Source: Minisyncoccota bacterium (GTDB taxonomy: Bacteria; Patescibacteriota; Minisyncoccia; 2-02-FULL-40-12; GWA2-44-9). Taken from it: a stretch of DNA of 64,000 bases. Positions 1 through 9,024 of this stretch are shown here, piece by piece. Location: contig DASZRH010000030.1 in the NCBI GenBank assembly GCA_035549275.1, positions 1,912 through 65,911 on the forward strand, given 5' to 3'. The translations under genes were made by a program, and so were the position numbers. Each line of letters opens with the position of its first letter. Positions within the stretch are counted from its first letter, which is position 1. Below the pieces are notes generated by a model. It was given only the letters and a program-made list of their open reading frames with translations. It ran no database searches and was not told where the DNA came from.

Positions 1-2
1 TT

Positions 3-1505
3 ACCGAGGCCCAAAGCGCTGAAATTGACCGCCTCGTCAGGGCGGCGTTCAGCACCGATCCCGACAGCGCCGGCGATCTGCGCCGGCGAATTCGGAATCT
101 GCCCGGCGACTTCGCCGAACGGATATTGATCACGCTGGCCGGTCTGGCGCTTTCAGAAAAAGCGTCTGCAGACCGGGTTATTCGAGCGCTGGAAGCCGGA
201 TTTTCCCGACAAGCGGCGGCGGCCCTAAAGGCCATCCTCTGCATTGCCCGTCTCACCAGTACCCGGCCTCGGTCGTTTCAAATCGAAACGATTGCTGGCT
301 GGTATCGGCATGTGAGCCGAAATCCCATTTCGGCTCGGCGATTGGCGCCGATCGAAGACTATCTGCTTGCCCGCCTTTCCGGCCGATACCGCACAGAAAT
401 CGAACTGGCAATCGTTACGCGGCGGGAACGCCAGGCTAAGGCCGCGCGCCTTACCGCCTTTCGCGCAGCCGCCCAGGATCTCTGGGAAGACTTCATCGAA
501 CAGCGGACGCATGATGCGCTGGCTGGCCGACGCTTCGCTGCCGAGGACGATCTCGCCGATTGCATCCGCCGGCAGGAAGCCGCCTTCGAAACGCTTCGAA
601 ACACTGTCCAGGAACATCTCCCGATGGTCATGAGTGATCAGCCCGCCCCGGGCGATGCCAACGATCATGGGCCGTTCGCCCCCAACATCCATGTCGCCCA
701 GTGGCTCATGGAGAACAACGATCGGATCGATCCGGCCGTCACCGTATTCGTTTCATCGGTTCAGGCCGCCCAAGGGGCGATTCTGGAACACGCGCCGCTC
801 ATCGAAGAGATTCTGGCCCTGGAAAGCCGGATCGAACACCTCTTCCCGCTTCTGAATTGCGAACCGGCGCCAAGCGGCGAAGTTCCGGCCGCGGCAATCG
901 CAAAGCATTCGGAATTGCTGCTGGCCCGGTTATACGAAGACGACAGCGGAAACGGCGGCCTTCAATCGCTGGAACAAGAAGCACTGATGCGGGAAGCAGG
1001 CAGTTTCGACCAGCCCGCAGCAGCTCAAAGCCGCCCTCGATTCAAAAGTCTCCACCAGCATCTTCAGGAATGGGCCGCCGATTGGGTCACCAATCCCTGG
1101 CATGCCGGCGAGATTGTCCGCCAATCGCGGGCGGACTACGTCCGCACGCGATTGGCATTCTTCTGCATGCTCACGGAATTGTATTCCTGTGAGTGGCTCG
1201 ATGCACCTTGGCTGGGCGGATCTGGCCGAACACTCACCGTTCTGACACGGATTCGCACCCAATACCGCATGCTCCGCCAAGCCCGGCACGACCTGACCGA
1301 AGCGGAGCGCATCCTCGAGAGATCCAAACGCCGCAGTATCCGGAAAAACTGGCCCAGCGAACCGTTGTTGTGCCTGCCATCTGATACCAACGACGATCGG
1401 AGCAAAGAGAGCTTCCGAAGGACTTCCCCTCCGCCTCCGTTCCGGATCCCCATCCTGCAGGCGGCCCGGATCACTCTCGGATACAGCCGGCGATCAGCCC
1501 GCTAA
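3..1505 (+). CDS. Hypothetical alpha-helical protein, probably 5'-truncated at the window edge
   Basis: The frame of ORF 126..1505 stays open back to position 3. GC-rich, no recognisable motif, followed by a palindrome at 1515-1547. Confidence 0.6.
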   Translation, partial: TEAQSAEIDRLVRAAFSTDPDSAGDLRRRIRNLPGDFAERILITLAGLALSEKASADRVIRALEAGFSRQAAAALKAILCIARLTSTRPRSFQIETIAGWYRHVSRNPISARRLAPIEDYLLARLSGRYRTEIELAIVTRRERQAKAARLTAFRAAAQDLWEDFIEQRTHDALAGRRFAAEDDLADCIRRQEAAFETLRNTVQEHLPMVMSDQPAPGDANDHGPFAPNIHVAQWLMENNDRIDPAVTVFVSSVQAAQGAILEHAPLIEEILALESRIEHLFPLLNCEPAPSGEVPAAAIAKHSELLLARLYEDDSGNGGLQSLEQEALMREAGSFDQPAAAQSRPRFKSLHQHLQEWAADWVTNPWHAGEIVRQSRADYVRTRLAFFCMLTELYSCEWLDAPWLGGSGRTLTVLTRIRTQYRMLRQARHDLTEAERILERSKRRSIRKNWPSEPLLCLPSDTNDDRSKESFRRTSPPPPFRIPILQAARITLGYSRRSAR

Positions 1506-1514
1506 TCTGTCCCC

Positions 1515-1547
1515 AAACCTCTGGCGCGCTACGCGCGCCAGAGGTTT
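1515..1547. terminator. Perfect palindrome (15-bp arms, TAC loop), probable terminator
   Basis: AAACCTCTGGCGCGC-TAC-GCGCGCCAGAGGTTT followed by T-rich sequence. Confidence 0.7.
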
Positions 1548-1556
1548 TGTTCTAAA

Positions 1557-1585
1557 TTGCAAAAGCCCCGTTTTTGTAGTATAAT
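1557..1585 (+). promoter_or_regulatory. Sigma70-type promoter of ftsH (near-leaderless)
   Basis: TTGCAA-17 nt-TATAAT, ending 9 nt before the ATG at 1595. Confidence 0.65.
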
Positions 1586-1594
1586 TTTCAGTAC

Positions 1595-3409
1595 ATGAAA
1601 CTGTTTTTCCGATATTTCATCATCGTATTTGTAATCCTGCTTGCCGCCAGCGGCTTGGTGGCGCTTTTCAGTTCCCCGAACCACACCGTAACCATCGCGC
1701 CCCTTTCCGATATCGTCGCCCGCATTAATTCCAATGAAGCCAAGTCCCTTCAGGTTCAAGGCGATACCATCGCCCTAACTCTCAAAAACGGCGATGTTCT
1801 TTCGGCTCAAAAAGAAAACTCGATCTCGGCCTTTGAAACCCTCTTGAATCTGGGCGCCAACAAAGACAAATTATCGACCCTTGAAACGGAGATCAAAGAA
1901 CCTTCGGGCCTTGGTTCCTTCCTGGCAAGCCTCCTACCGGTCGTCGTTCCCTTTTTGCTCGTGTGGCTTATGTTCTGGTTCATGTTCCGGCAGGCCCAGC
2001 GCGGCTCCAACCAAACTTTCACCTTCGGCAAGTCGCGTGCGCGCCTGGCCGGCAATGGCAACGGCCGCAAACCGGTACTCTTCAAAGACGTCGCCGGCCT
2101 GATTGAGGCCAAGCAGGAAATTTCAGAAGTGGTTGAATTCCTGCGCTCGCCCCAAAAATTCCAAAAACTCGGCGCGCGCATCCCGCGCGGCATTCTGCTG
2201 GTCGGCTCGCCCGGCACCGGCAAGACGCTCTTGGCCCGGGCTGTCGCCAACGAAGCCAACGTCCCCTTCTACTTCGTTTCCGGCTCTGATTTCGTGGAAA
2301 TGTTCGTCGGCGTCGGTGCCAACCGCGTCCGCGACACGTTCGAGCTGGCCAAGAAAACTTCGCCTTCAATCATCTTTATCGATGAAATCGACGCCGTTGG
2401 CCGCCATCGCGGCGCCGGTCTTGGCGGCGGCCATGACGAACGCGAGCAGACGCTCAACCAAATCCTTGTTGAAATGGACGGCTTCGACACCAATGACTCG
2501 GTCATCGTCATGGCCGCCACCAACCGCCCCGACATTCTTGATCCCGCCTTGCTTCGTCCGGGCCGCTTCGACCGGCGCGTTGTCTTGGACGAGCCTTCGA
2601 TGAAAGACCGCGAAGAGATTCTCAAAATCCACGCCCTGGACAAACCGCTCGCGCCCGAAGCCAACCTCAAACTCATCGCCGAACGCACGCCTGGCTTCAG
2701 CGGCGCCGATTTGGCCAACCTCCTGAACGAAGCGGCAATCCTCGCTGCCCGGGCCAATCGCAGCCAAATTACCCAAGACGATATGTTTCAAGCGATCGAA
2801 AAAGTCATTCTCGGCCCCGAGCGCCGCAGCCATATTTTTTCCAAAAAAGAAAAAGAGATTACCGCCTATCACGAAGCCGGCCACGCCTTGGTAGCCTCGG
2901 CGATTCCCCACTCCGATCCCGTTCACAAAGTTTCCATCGTCTCCCGCGGCCGCGCCGGCGGGTATACGCTCAAACTCCCCACCGAAGACAAACATCTTAA
3001 ATCACGCCCGGAATTTGAAGCCGAATTGGCCGTGCTCTTGGGCGGCTACGCCGCTGAAAAATTAATCTTCAAAGAAACCACGACCGGCGCCTCCAACGAC
3101 TTGAAAGTCGCCTCGGACCTGGCCCGCCGCATGGTCACCCAGTACGGCATGTCTGACGCGCTTGGCCCGATAACCTTCGGCGAGAAAGAAGAACTGGTTT
3201 TCCTCGGCAAAGAAATGTCCCACACCCGCAACTACTCCGAAGCGATTGCCGTGGAAATCGACGCCGAGATCAAGAAGCTTATCATTAAAGGCCTGAATGT
3301 CGCCAAAAAAGTCATCACCGACCGCATGGACAAGCTTGAAAAGATCGCCAAAGAATTGATATCCAAAGAAACGCTGGAACAGCAAGAGTTCTACGCTCTT
3401 CTGCATTAA
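1595..3409 (+). CDS. ftsH: ATP-dependent zinc metalloprotease FtsH
   Basis: Two N-terminal TM segments, Walker A GSPGTGKT, Walker [37 protein letters not shown] zinc motif. Confidence 0.98.
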   Translation: MKLFFRYFIIVFVILLAASGLVALFSSPNHTVTIAPLSDIVARINSNEAKSLQVQGDTIALTLKNGDVLSAQKENSISAFETLLNLGANKDKLSTLETEIKEPSGLGSFLASLLPVVVPFLLVWLMFWFMFRQAQRGSNQTFTFGKSRARLAGNGNGRKPVLFKDVAGLIEAKQEISEVVEFLRSPQKFQKLGARIPRGILLVGSPGTGKTLLARAVANEANVPFYFVSGSDFVEMFVGVGANRVRDTFELAKKTSPSIIFIDEIDAVGRHRGAGLGGGHDEREQTLNQILVEMDGFDTNDSVIVMAATNRPDILDPALLRPGRFDRRVVLDEPSMKDREEILKIHALDKPLAPEANLKLIAERTPGFSGADLANLLNEAAILAARANRSQITQDDMFQAIEKVILGPERRSHIFSKKEKEITAYHEAGHALVASAIPHSDPVHKVSIVSRGRAGGYTLKLPTEDKHLKSRPEFEAELAVLLGGYAAEKLIFKETTTGASNDLKVASDLARRMVTQYGMSDALGPITFGEKEELVFLGKEMSHTRNYSEAIAVEIDAEIKKLIIKGLNVAKKVITDRMDKLEKIAKELISKETLEQQEFYALLH

Positions 3410-3422
3410 CGCAGAATCGAGC

Positions 3423-3494
3423 GGGCCTGTAGCTCAGTGGTAGAGCACGTCACTTATAATGACGTTGTCGATGGTTCGATCCCATCCAGGCCCA
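3423..3494 (+). tRNA. tRNA-Ile (anticodon TAT)
   Basis: Acceptor GGGCCTG/CAGGCCC-A; anticodon arm CGTCA-CTTATAA-TGACG; GGTTCGAT T-loop. Confidence 0.92.
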
Positions 3495-3499
3495 CCCGC

Positions 3500-3574
<75 letters not shown>

Positions 3575-3575
<1 letters not shown>

Positions 3576-4288
3576 TGGAAGTTTCGATAGTATACGAAGA
3601 CTCAAACCTCATTGTGCTCAACAAGCCGGCCGGTCTGATTGTTCACCCTAAAAACGCATCTGATACCCAGCCGAGCCTGGTTGATTGGCTGACGGCTCGC
3701 TATCCCGGAATCGGCGGGGTTGGTGAACCGTTTGATGCCTCCGGCACCCCGCTGCCGCGCGCCGGCATCGTTCATCGCCTCGACAAAGATACGTCAGGAC
3801 TGCTTCTGGTCGCTAAAAACAACGACACATTCTATTATCTCAAGTCTCTGTTCCAAACCCGCAAAATCCAAAAACATTATCTGGCTCTGTGCTATGGTTT
3901 CCCGGCCGAACCTGCCGGCGTTATCAATGCCCCGCTCGGCCGCGTTGGCCTGAAACGAACAACCCGCATGGGCGGCGAAAAATTAAAGGATACAAAGGAC
4001 GCCATAACCGAATATGCCGTCGTAAAGCGCTTTGAAAAATTCACTCTCTTCGATGTCATGCCCAAAACGGGCCGCACCCACCAAATCCGGGTGCACCTGA
4101 AATCGATTCATTGCCCCATCGCCGGCGATCCTGTCTATGCTCCCAAGGGCTGGCAGCCGCCCCAGGGCCTGACTCGGCTCTTTCTCCATGCTTACAAACT
4201 TTCATTTGTAACTCCCGACGGAAAATCACTGACGGTTGAGGCCGAACTGCCCGAAGATTTACAAAAAGTTCTTTCTATGCTACAATAG
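3575..4288 (+). CDS. RluA/RluD-family pseudouridine synthase (no S4 domain)
   Basis: Motifs LNKPAGLIVHP, HRLDKDTSG, GRTHQIRVH, GDPVY, LHA. The start is the ATG at 3575; the longer ORF runs through tRNAs. Confidence 0.93.
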
Positions 4289-4296
4289 CATCTACC

Positions 4297-4701
4297 ATGA
4301 ATCCTATCGCATTATTCCACTCAAAACTGGAATCCAAAGACAAATTTGAAGGCGTCCGCCCCGGCTGGACTGTCCGTATCAGCCAGCGCATCAAAGACGG
4401 CGAAAAAACCCGCGTCCAGGCCTTTGAAGGCACCGTTATCGCCCGCAAACACGGCACGACTCCCAGTGGCACGATTACCATCCGCAAAGTGACCGACGGC
4501 ATCGGCGTCGAAAAAGTCTTCCCGATCCATCTCCCCTCCATCGAAAGCGTCAAGGTTCTCAAAAAGACCACGGCCCGCCGCGCGAAGCTCTATTACCTTC
4601 GCGACAAGACGGCCAAAGAGATTCGCAAGAAGGTTAAGGCCGAGCGCGCCCAGACTAAAGCATCAGCCGAGGCCGCCGAGACTCCGGTTGCTTCTCAATA
4701 G
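4297..4701 (+). CDS. rplS: 50S ribosomal protein L19
   Basis: RVQAFEGTVIA, TIRKVTDGIGVEKVFP, RRAKLYYLR motifs. Confidence 0.97.
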   Translation: MNPIALFHSKLESKDKFEGVRPGWTVRISQRIKDGEKTRVQAFEGTVIARKHGTTPSGTITIRKVTDGIGVEKVFPIHLPSIESVKVLKKTTARRAKLYYLRDKTAKEIRKKVKAERAQTKASAEAAETPVASQ

Positions 4702-4734
4702 CGGCTCTTTCTGGTAGAATACCCTTCGTATTCT

Positions 4735-4819
4735 GCGGACGTGGTGGAACTTGGCAGACACACTACCTTGAGGTGGTAGCGCCCGTCAGGGCATGGAGGT
4801 TCGAATCCTCTCGTCCGCA
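4735..4819 (+). tRNA. tRNA-Leu (GAG)
   Basis: Acceptor GCGGACG/CGTCCGC-A; anticodon arm CTACC-TTGAGGT-GGTAG; long variable arm. Confidence 0.95.
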
Positions 4820-4823
4820 CATT

Positions 4824-4899
4824 GGGCGGTTAGCTCAGTTGGTAGAGCATCTCATTGACGTTGAGAGGGTCAGAGGTTCAAGTCCTCTACCGCCCACCA
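4824..4899 (+). tRNA. tRNA-Val (GAC), CCA encoded
   Basis: Acceptor GGGCGGT/ACCGCCC-A-CCA; anticodon arm TCTCA-TTGACGT-TGAGA. Confidence 0.95.
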
Positions 4900-4937
4900 A
4901 ACTAAAAACTCCCGTTCGGGAGTTTTTAGTTTGGTGG
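4894..4937. terminator. Bidirectional hairpin between convergent tRNA-Val and tRNA-Phe
   Basis: CCACCAAACTAAAAACTCCCG-TT-CGGGAGTTTTTAGTTTGGTGG, perfect 21-bp arms. Confidence 0.75.
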
Positions 4938-5009
4938 TGCCGCGGGAGGGAATTGAACCCCCGACGCCAGCCTCTTCAGGGCTGCGCTCTACCACTGAGC
5001 TACCGCGGC
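4935..5009 (-). tRNA. tRNA-Phe (GAA), CCA encoded
   Basis: Reverse complement GCCGCGGTAGCTCAG...CAGCC-CTGAAGA-GGCTG...CCGCGGCACCA. Confidence 0.95.
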
Positions 5010-5160
5010 ATAACCATACAGATAGTACCATAAATCCATTGATTTATTCAACCCTTATCCCCGGTTTTCTTTACATATCAACTTATCCTCTTTAAAAATC
5101 GTACCCCTATGTTATTATAAATCTATAATTATTAGATTAGTACAATTATTCATCAACAAT

Positions 5161-5820
5161 ATGCGAAAAGACAAGATAAAAGCGTATGAACTGCGACGAG
5201 AACGGAAAAGCTATTCCGAGATCAGCCGGCTTCTTAAAATATCCAAATCAACATTGACGAGTTGGTTCAAAAACGAAGACTGGTCCCGGCAAATCCGAGA
5301 TGAATTGGGAGCCCTTCAGTCTCTTTCTTATCCCAAAAAATTGGCGGCCATTCAAAAGGCCAACAAGGAACGGTGGTCTCGAGCTCGCCAATCCTATCGA
5401 AATTCTGCGGAAGAAGAGTTCCCCAAGCTGAAAAACAATCCTCTTTTTATTTCTGGATTAATGCTTTATTGGGGCGAGGGAGACAAAAGCCAAAAAAACA
5501 GTCAGCTGCGCATTGCCAATAGCGATCCGATGATGATTCGAGTGTTCAATAATTTCCTGAAGAAGATATTAAAGGTGTCGCCCCATAAAATTGGTATGAG
5601 GCTGCTTCTCTATCCGGACCTAAAAGATGAAGTGCAAAAAAACTTTTGGAGCAAAGCCGCCGGGATCCCATTGAATCAGTTCAAAAAATCAGTTGTCATT
5701 AAAGACAAACACCCGACTCGGCGGCTTTCCTATGGCATTGGGAACTTATATGTGTGTAGCAGAGAACAGAAAGAAAAAGTATTGACGTGGATTAACCTGT
5801 ATCAAGAACTTCTTGCTTAG
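5161..5820 (+). CDS. HTH plus LAGLIDADG-like domain protein (CPR-type, tRNA-adjacent)
   Basis: N-terminal HTH (KSYSEISRLLKISKSTLTSW) and a GLMLYWGEGDK...IANSDP motif resembling a single LAGLIDADG helix; AT-rich. Confidence 0.7.
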   Translation: MRKDKIKAYELRRERKSYSEISRLLKISKSTLTSWFKNEDWSRQIRDELGALQSLSYPKKLAAIQKANKERWSRARQSYRNSAEEEFPKLKNNPLFISGLMLYWGEGDKSQKNSQLRIANSDPMMIRVFNNFLKKILKVSPHKIGMRLLLYPDLKDEVQKNFWSKAAGIPLNQFKKSVVIKDKHPTRRLSYGIGNLYVCSREQKEKVLTWINLYQELLA

Positions 5821-5856
5821 AGAGCGATTTTGATGTAAAATACCGAGTATAGTTTT

Positions 5857-5927
5857 GCGGGTACAGTATATCGGTTGTACATCACCTTGCCAAGGTGAAG
5901 GGACGGGTTCGATTCCCGTTACCCGCT
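5857..5927 (+). tRNA. tRNA-Gly (GCC)
   Basis: Acceptor GCGGGTA/TACCCGC-T; anticodon arm TCACC-TTGCCAA-GGTGA; atypical C at position 8. Confidence 0.9.
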
Positions 5928-5930
5928 CAG

Positions 5931-6404
5931 ATGTTTGGCATATTCTCAAAAATCACTCGCCGCGCGGCATTAAGCGAGCGGATCGTTAACAGCGAGGCCG
6001 GCGTGTATCTGTATATCCTTTTCCCGATGACGGTTGCCTTTCTGCTCACCTTTATCGGCGCCCGGACCATTAGCCACTTAAGCCCCGATTTCTTCCTCAA
6101 GATTGTGCCTGGGCTGCATGTCCACCATTTTGCCTATGGCATTATCGTGCTCTCGGTCTCCGGCTATTTAGCTCTGGTCAACAACGGCCCCGCGGCAACA
6201 TATTGGATTGCCCTTCTCCACGGCTTTGGGCTTGGCCTCGCCTTTGACGAATTTGGCATCTGGCTTAAATTAACCGATGACAGCGCAGCCCGGTGGACAT
6301 ACGACGGCGTCGCCATTCTGGCCGGCCTGTTTCTGATGCTCATTTCGGCCCGGACCGGGTACCTGGCCTTATCTCGATTATTCTCCAAAAAGAGCTCAAT
6401 TTGA
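5931..6404 (+). CDS. Integral membrane protein with HxHH motif
   Basis: About 4 hydrophobic segments, GLHVHHFAYG and GLAFDEF motifs; ATG 3 nt after tRNA-Gly. Confidence 0.8.
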   Translation: MFGIFSKITRRAALSERIVNSEAGVYLYILFPMTVAFLLTFIGARTISHLSPDFFLKIVPGLHVHHFAYGIIVLSVSGYLALVNNGPAATYWIALLHGFGLGLAFDEFGIWLKLTDDSAARWTYDGVAILAGLFLMLISARTGYLALSRLFSKKSSI

Positions 6405-6452
6405 CCCTTCAGAAACCCCGAAAAGGGCCCCTTTTGAGGGAGTTTTAGGGTA

Positions 6453-6481
6453 TTGACTTTTTAGCCTATATTTGCTATAAT
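6453..6481 (+). promoter_or_regulatory. Sigma70 promoter upstream of the 3D-domain gene
   Basis: TTGACT-17 nt-TATAAT with extended TGn. Confidence 0.75.
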
Positions 6482-6591
6482 GTAGCTACAACCTAAAGAA
6501 GTGCCGTAGGGGTAGAAGTGGCTTAGTAGGCCATTTTTTGTTTGCAAAAAATCGCCTAAAAAACCCTTCCCTCCCTGCACTCCCTTGGGCC

Positions 6592-7149
6592 ATGAATATG
6601 ATTAAAAAAGCTGGTATCGTTCTTTTCACCGTTGTGACCCTTGCTGGTGCTACTCCTTCCGCTGACGCCTCCCTGTTTGACTGGATCAGCAACCTGAAGG
6701 GTTCAAGCGCCAAGACAACTGACGCCACCGCGGCCTGGTCATTCGATACCCTGTATCAGAATATTCAGGGCATCTCCCTTGATCAGACTACGACCGATAT
6801 CAGTGCTGTGGCGGCTACGGCAGTGAACAGCGACAGTAAGAGCTCCTCAAAAACTCAATCTCGAACGATGGTCGTCGAGGCCACCGGTTACTCTTCAACT
6901 CCGGACCAAACCGACGCCAGCCCGTTCATCACCGCCAAAGGTACGTATGTCCGCGACGGTATCATCGCTGCGAACTTCTTGCCGTTCGGTACGGTGGTGA
7001 AGATTCCGGATGTATTCGGCGACAAGATTTTCGTCGTCGAAGACCGCATGAACAAGCGCTATACAAACCGTATTGACGTTTGGTTCTCGGATACTCCGTC
7101 GGCTTTGAAGTTCGGCCTGAAGACCGTGAAGATCGAGATTCTCTCGTAA
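6592..7149 (+). CDS. Secreted 3D-domain protein (peptidoglycan lytic transglycosylase-like)
   Basis: Signal peptide; C-terminal ATGYSSTPDQTD..ITAKG..IAANFLPFGT..VEDRMN..RIDVW. Confidence 0.9.
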   Translation: MNMIKKAGIVLFTVVTLAGATPSADASLFDWISNLKGSSAKTTDATAAWSFDTLYQNIQGISLDQTTTDISAVAATAVNSDSKSSSKTQSRTMVVEATGYSSTPDQTDASPFITAKGTYVRDGIIAANFLPFGTVVKIPDVFGDKIFVVEDRMNKRYTNRIDVWFSDTPSALKFGLKTVKIEILS

Positions 7150-7150
7150 G

Positions 7151-7183
7151 ATCCAAAACCCGCGCTTCGCGCGGGTTTTGGAT
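7151..7183. terminator. Perfect palindrome (15-bp arms, TTC loop)
   Basis: ATCCAAAACCCGCGC-TTC-GCGCGGGTTTTGGAT directly after the stop codon. Confidence 0.75.
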
Positions 7184-7236
7184 TGCGCAAATCCGGATTT
7201 GGTGGTAAAATATATCTTGTTTTCGGTGAAGCTCCT

Positions 7237-7308
7237 GCACTCGTAGCTTAACGGATAAAGCAGCAGCCTTCGAAGCTGTTGATAGGGGTTCGATTCCCTT
7301 CGAGTGCA
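7237..7308 (+). tRNA. tRNA-Arg (TCG)
   Basis: Acceptor GCACTCG/CGAGTGC-A; anticodon arm GCAGC-CTTCGAA-GCTGT. Confidence 0.92.
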
Positions 7309-7321
7309 CACAACTCCACAC

Positions 7322-7394
7322 GCGCCCGTAGCTCAGTTGGTAGAGCAATTGCCTCTTAAGCAAATGGTCGTAGGTTCGAATCCTACCGGGCGCA
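7322..7394 (+). tRNA. tRNA-Lys (CTT)
   Basis: Acceptor GCGCCCG/CGGGCGC-A; anticodon loop CTCTTAA. Confidence 0.92.
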
Positions 7395-7398
7395 CAGC

Positions 7399-8550
7399 TT
7401 ATACATTTCGATATCTTTTTCGGAGATCAGCAACTACTCTCGCCAAAGTTTTCACCGTATATTCAATATCTGATTTCGTAGTCTGGCGGCCGAGCGAAAA
7501 GCGAAGGCCGCCAGACAGGTACGCGGGCGCCAGGCCGATCGCTTTCAAAACGTGCGACGGCTCAACTTCGTGGCTGGTACAGGCCGAGCCGCTGCCGGCA
7601 TAGATCCCGTACTTGTCGAGCTCCACCAGCACGATTTCGCTCTCCATGTTTGGAATGGATACATGAATGTTGTTTGGAAGGCGCACATCCCCTTCCGGTC
7701 CGCTGATGACGGCTTCGGGGAGTTCTTTTTTGATTAACTCGATCATCCAATCACGAAGCTTTGCCACCTTTTGATTTTCAGACGGTTTGATGAGGCTAAC
7801 CGCTTTGGCCAATCCTGCGATGGCGGGCAGATTTTCGGTACCGGCTCGAAGACCGTATTCCTGGCTGCCGCCCAACACGATGCCGCTCACCGAGGTGCCG
7901 CGGCGGACGAATGTAACGCCGATCCCGCGCGGCCCGTATATCTTGGAGCCATTGAAGGTCAGGAGGTCAACTCCCAACCGCTGTACATCCATATCGAGCG
8001 CTCCAGCGGCCTGACACGCATCGGTGTGAAATACTACTCTGCGACCCGTTCGCTTGGCATATTCTCGGATAACTTTGCCGATTTTGGCGATGGGCTGGAT
8101 AGTCCCGATTTCATTGTTGGCATACATGATTGAAATCAGATCGGGTTTTTCTTTTTCAAGAAGCTTTTGAATATCTGCGGTCCGCACGTGGCCGAAACGG
8201 TCTACGGGAATGTATACAAGCCGAGCCGGCGTACAGGCCAATGCTTGGAGCACCGAGGGATGTTCAATCGGAGTCGTTAATACGACAGGATTTTTCAAGC
8301 GCGAGAGCGCTCCCCGGAGAGCAAGATTGTTAGCTTCCGATCCGGAAGCGGTAAAGACAATTTCCGTTGATCGCGCGTTTAAAAAACGCGCGATCAACGT
8401 TCGAGCCGCTTCCACTGCCGCACGCGCCATCCGGCCTGCGTTATTGAAGGCTGACGGGTTGCCGGCCAAACGCGCAGCGGCATTCATCGCCGAAACCACC
8501 CGCGGATCCGTAGGCGTTGCGGCGGCATTGTCGAGATAGATATTTTTCAT
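7399..8550 (-). CDS. iscS: Cysteine desulfurase (IscS/NifS family)
   Basis: IYLDNAA, FTASGSEANN, HTDACQ, KIYGP, RAGTEN and GSACTS catalytic Cys motif. Confidence 0.93.
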   Translation of the reverse strand: MKNIYLDNAAATPTDPRVVSAMNAAARLAGNPSAFNNAGRMARAAVEAARTLIARFLNARSTEIVFTASGSEANNLALRGALSRLKNPVVLTTPIEHPSVLQALACTPARLVYIPVDRFGHVRTADIQKLLEKEKPDLISIMYANNEIGTIQPIAKIGKVIREYAKRTGRRVVFHTDACQAAGALDMDVQRLGVDLLTFNGSKIYGPRGIGVTFVRRGTSVSGIVLGGSQEYGLRAGTENLPAIAGLAKAVSLIKPSENQKVAKLRDWMIELIKKELPEAVISGPEGDVRLPNNIHVSIPNMESEIVLVELDKYGIYAGSGSACTSHEVEPSHVLKAIGLAPAYLSGGLRFSLGRQTTKSDIEYTVKTLARVVADLRKRYRNV

Positions 8551-8601
8551 ACGAAAAATGGCCTTGGAAGGCCGTGTCAATACTATACCACGTTTCTATA
8601 A

Positions 8602-8988
8602 TTAGAGGAAGGTTCGGGGCACGCGGGAGCGGGGCCAGAATGCCAGGGCCAGCAGGGCGGCGACCAGCCCCATATCTCGGACAGCGATTTCACCAAAGCC
8701 AGCAAAGAATGGAATCGCCGCCAGAAACACGGCTCCCAGAATGGCAAAGGTGCTTACGAACAGGTTAGCCAGGATCGCAATGCCGACCAAAACTTCAAAA
8801 GCGCCGAATAGGTAGGCCACTCCGTAGCCGGAGAGGGCCACCGATGATGCGGCTGTTACGAGCCAGCTCGGAATCCAAACGGCCAGCCAATAGCTGGGAT
8901 GAATGAATTTATCAATGCCGAGCCACAAAAAGACAAAAGCCAAGCCGAGACGGAGCAGTAAATTGGAATAGCGAAGGGACTGCCACAT
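8602..8988 (-). CDS. DoxX-family membrane protein
   Basis: LLRLGLAFVFLWLGIDK, FEVLVG, VRDMGL pattern; 4 TM segments. Confidence 0.8.
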   Translation of the reverse strand: MWQSLRYSNLLLRLGLAFVFLWLGIDKFIHPSYWLAVWIPSWLVTAASSVALSGYGVAYLFGAFEVLVGIAILANLFVSTFAILGAVFLAAIPFFAGFGEIAVRDMGLVAALLALAFWPRSRVPRTFL

Positions 8989-8989
8989 A

Positions 8990-9018
8990 TTGACAGGGTT
9001 AATATATTATGGTATTAT
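8990..9018 (+). promoter_or_regulatory. Sigma70 promoter driving an intergenic non-coding transcript
   Basis: TTGACA-17 nt-TATTAT; no credible ORF downstream before the terminator. Confidence 0.7.
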
Positions 9019-9024
9019 TATACC

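Noticed and set aside
4773-5033. 86-aa ORF, and similar ORFs at 36713-37192, 57868-57975 and 62367-62705
   Set aside because: These are translations of tRNA genes.
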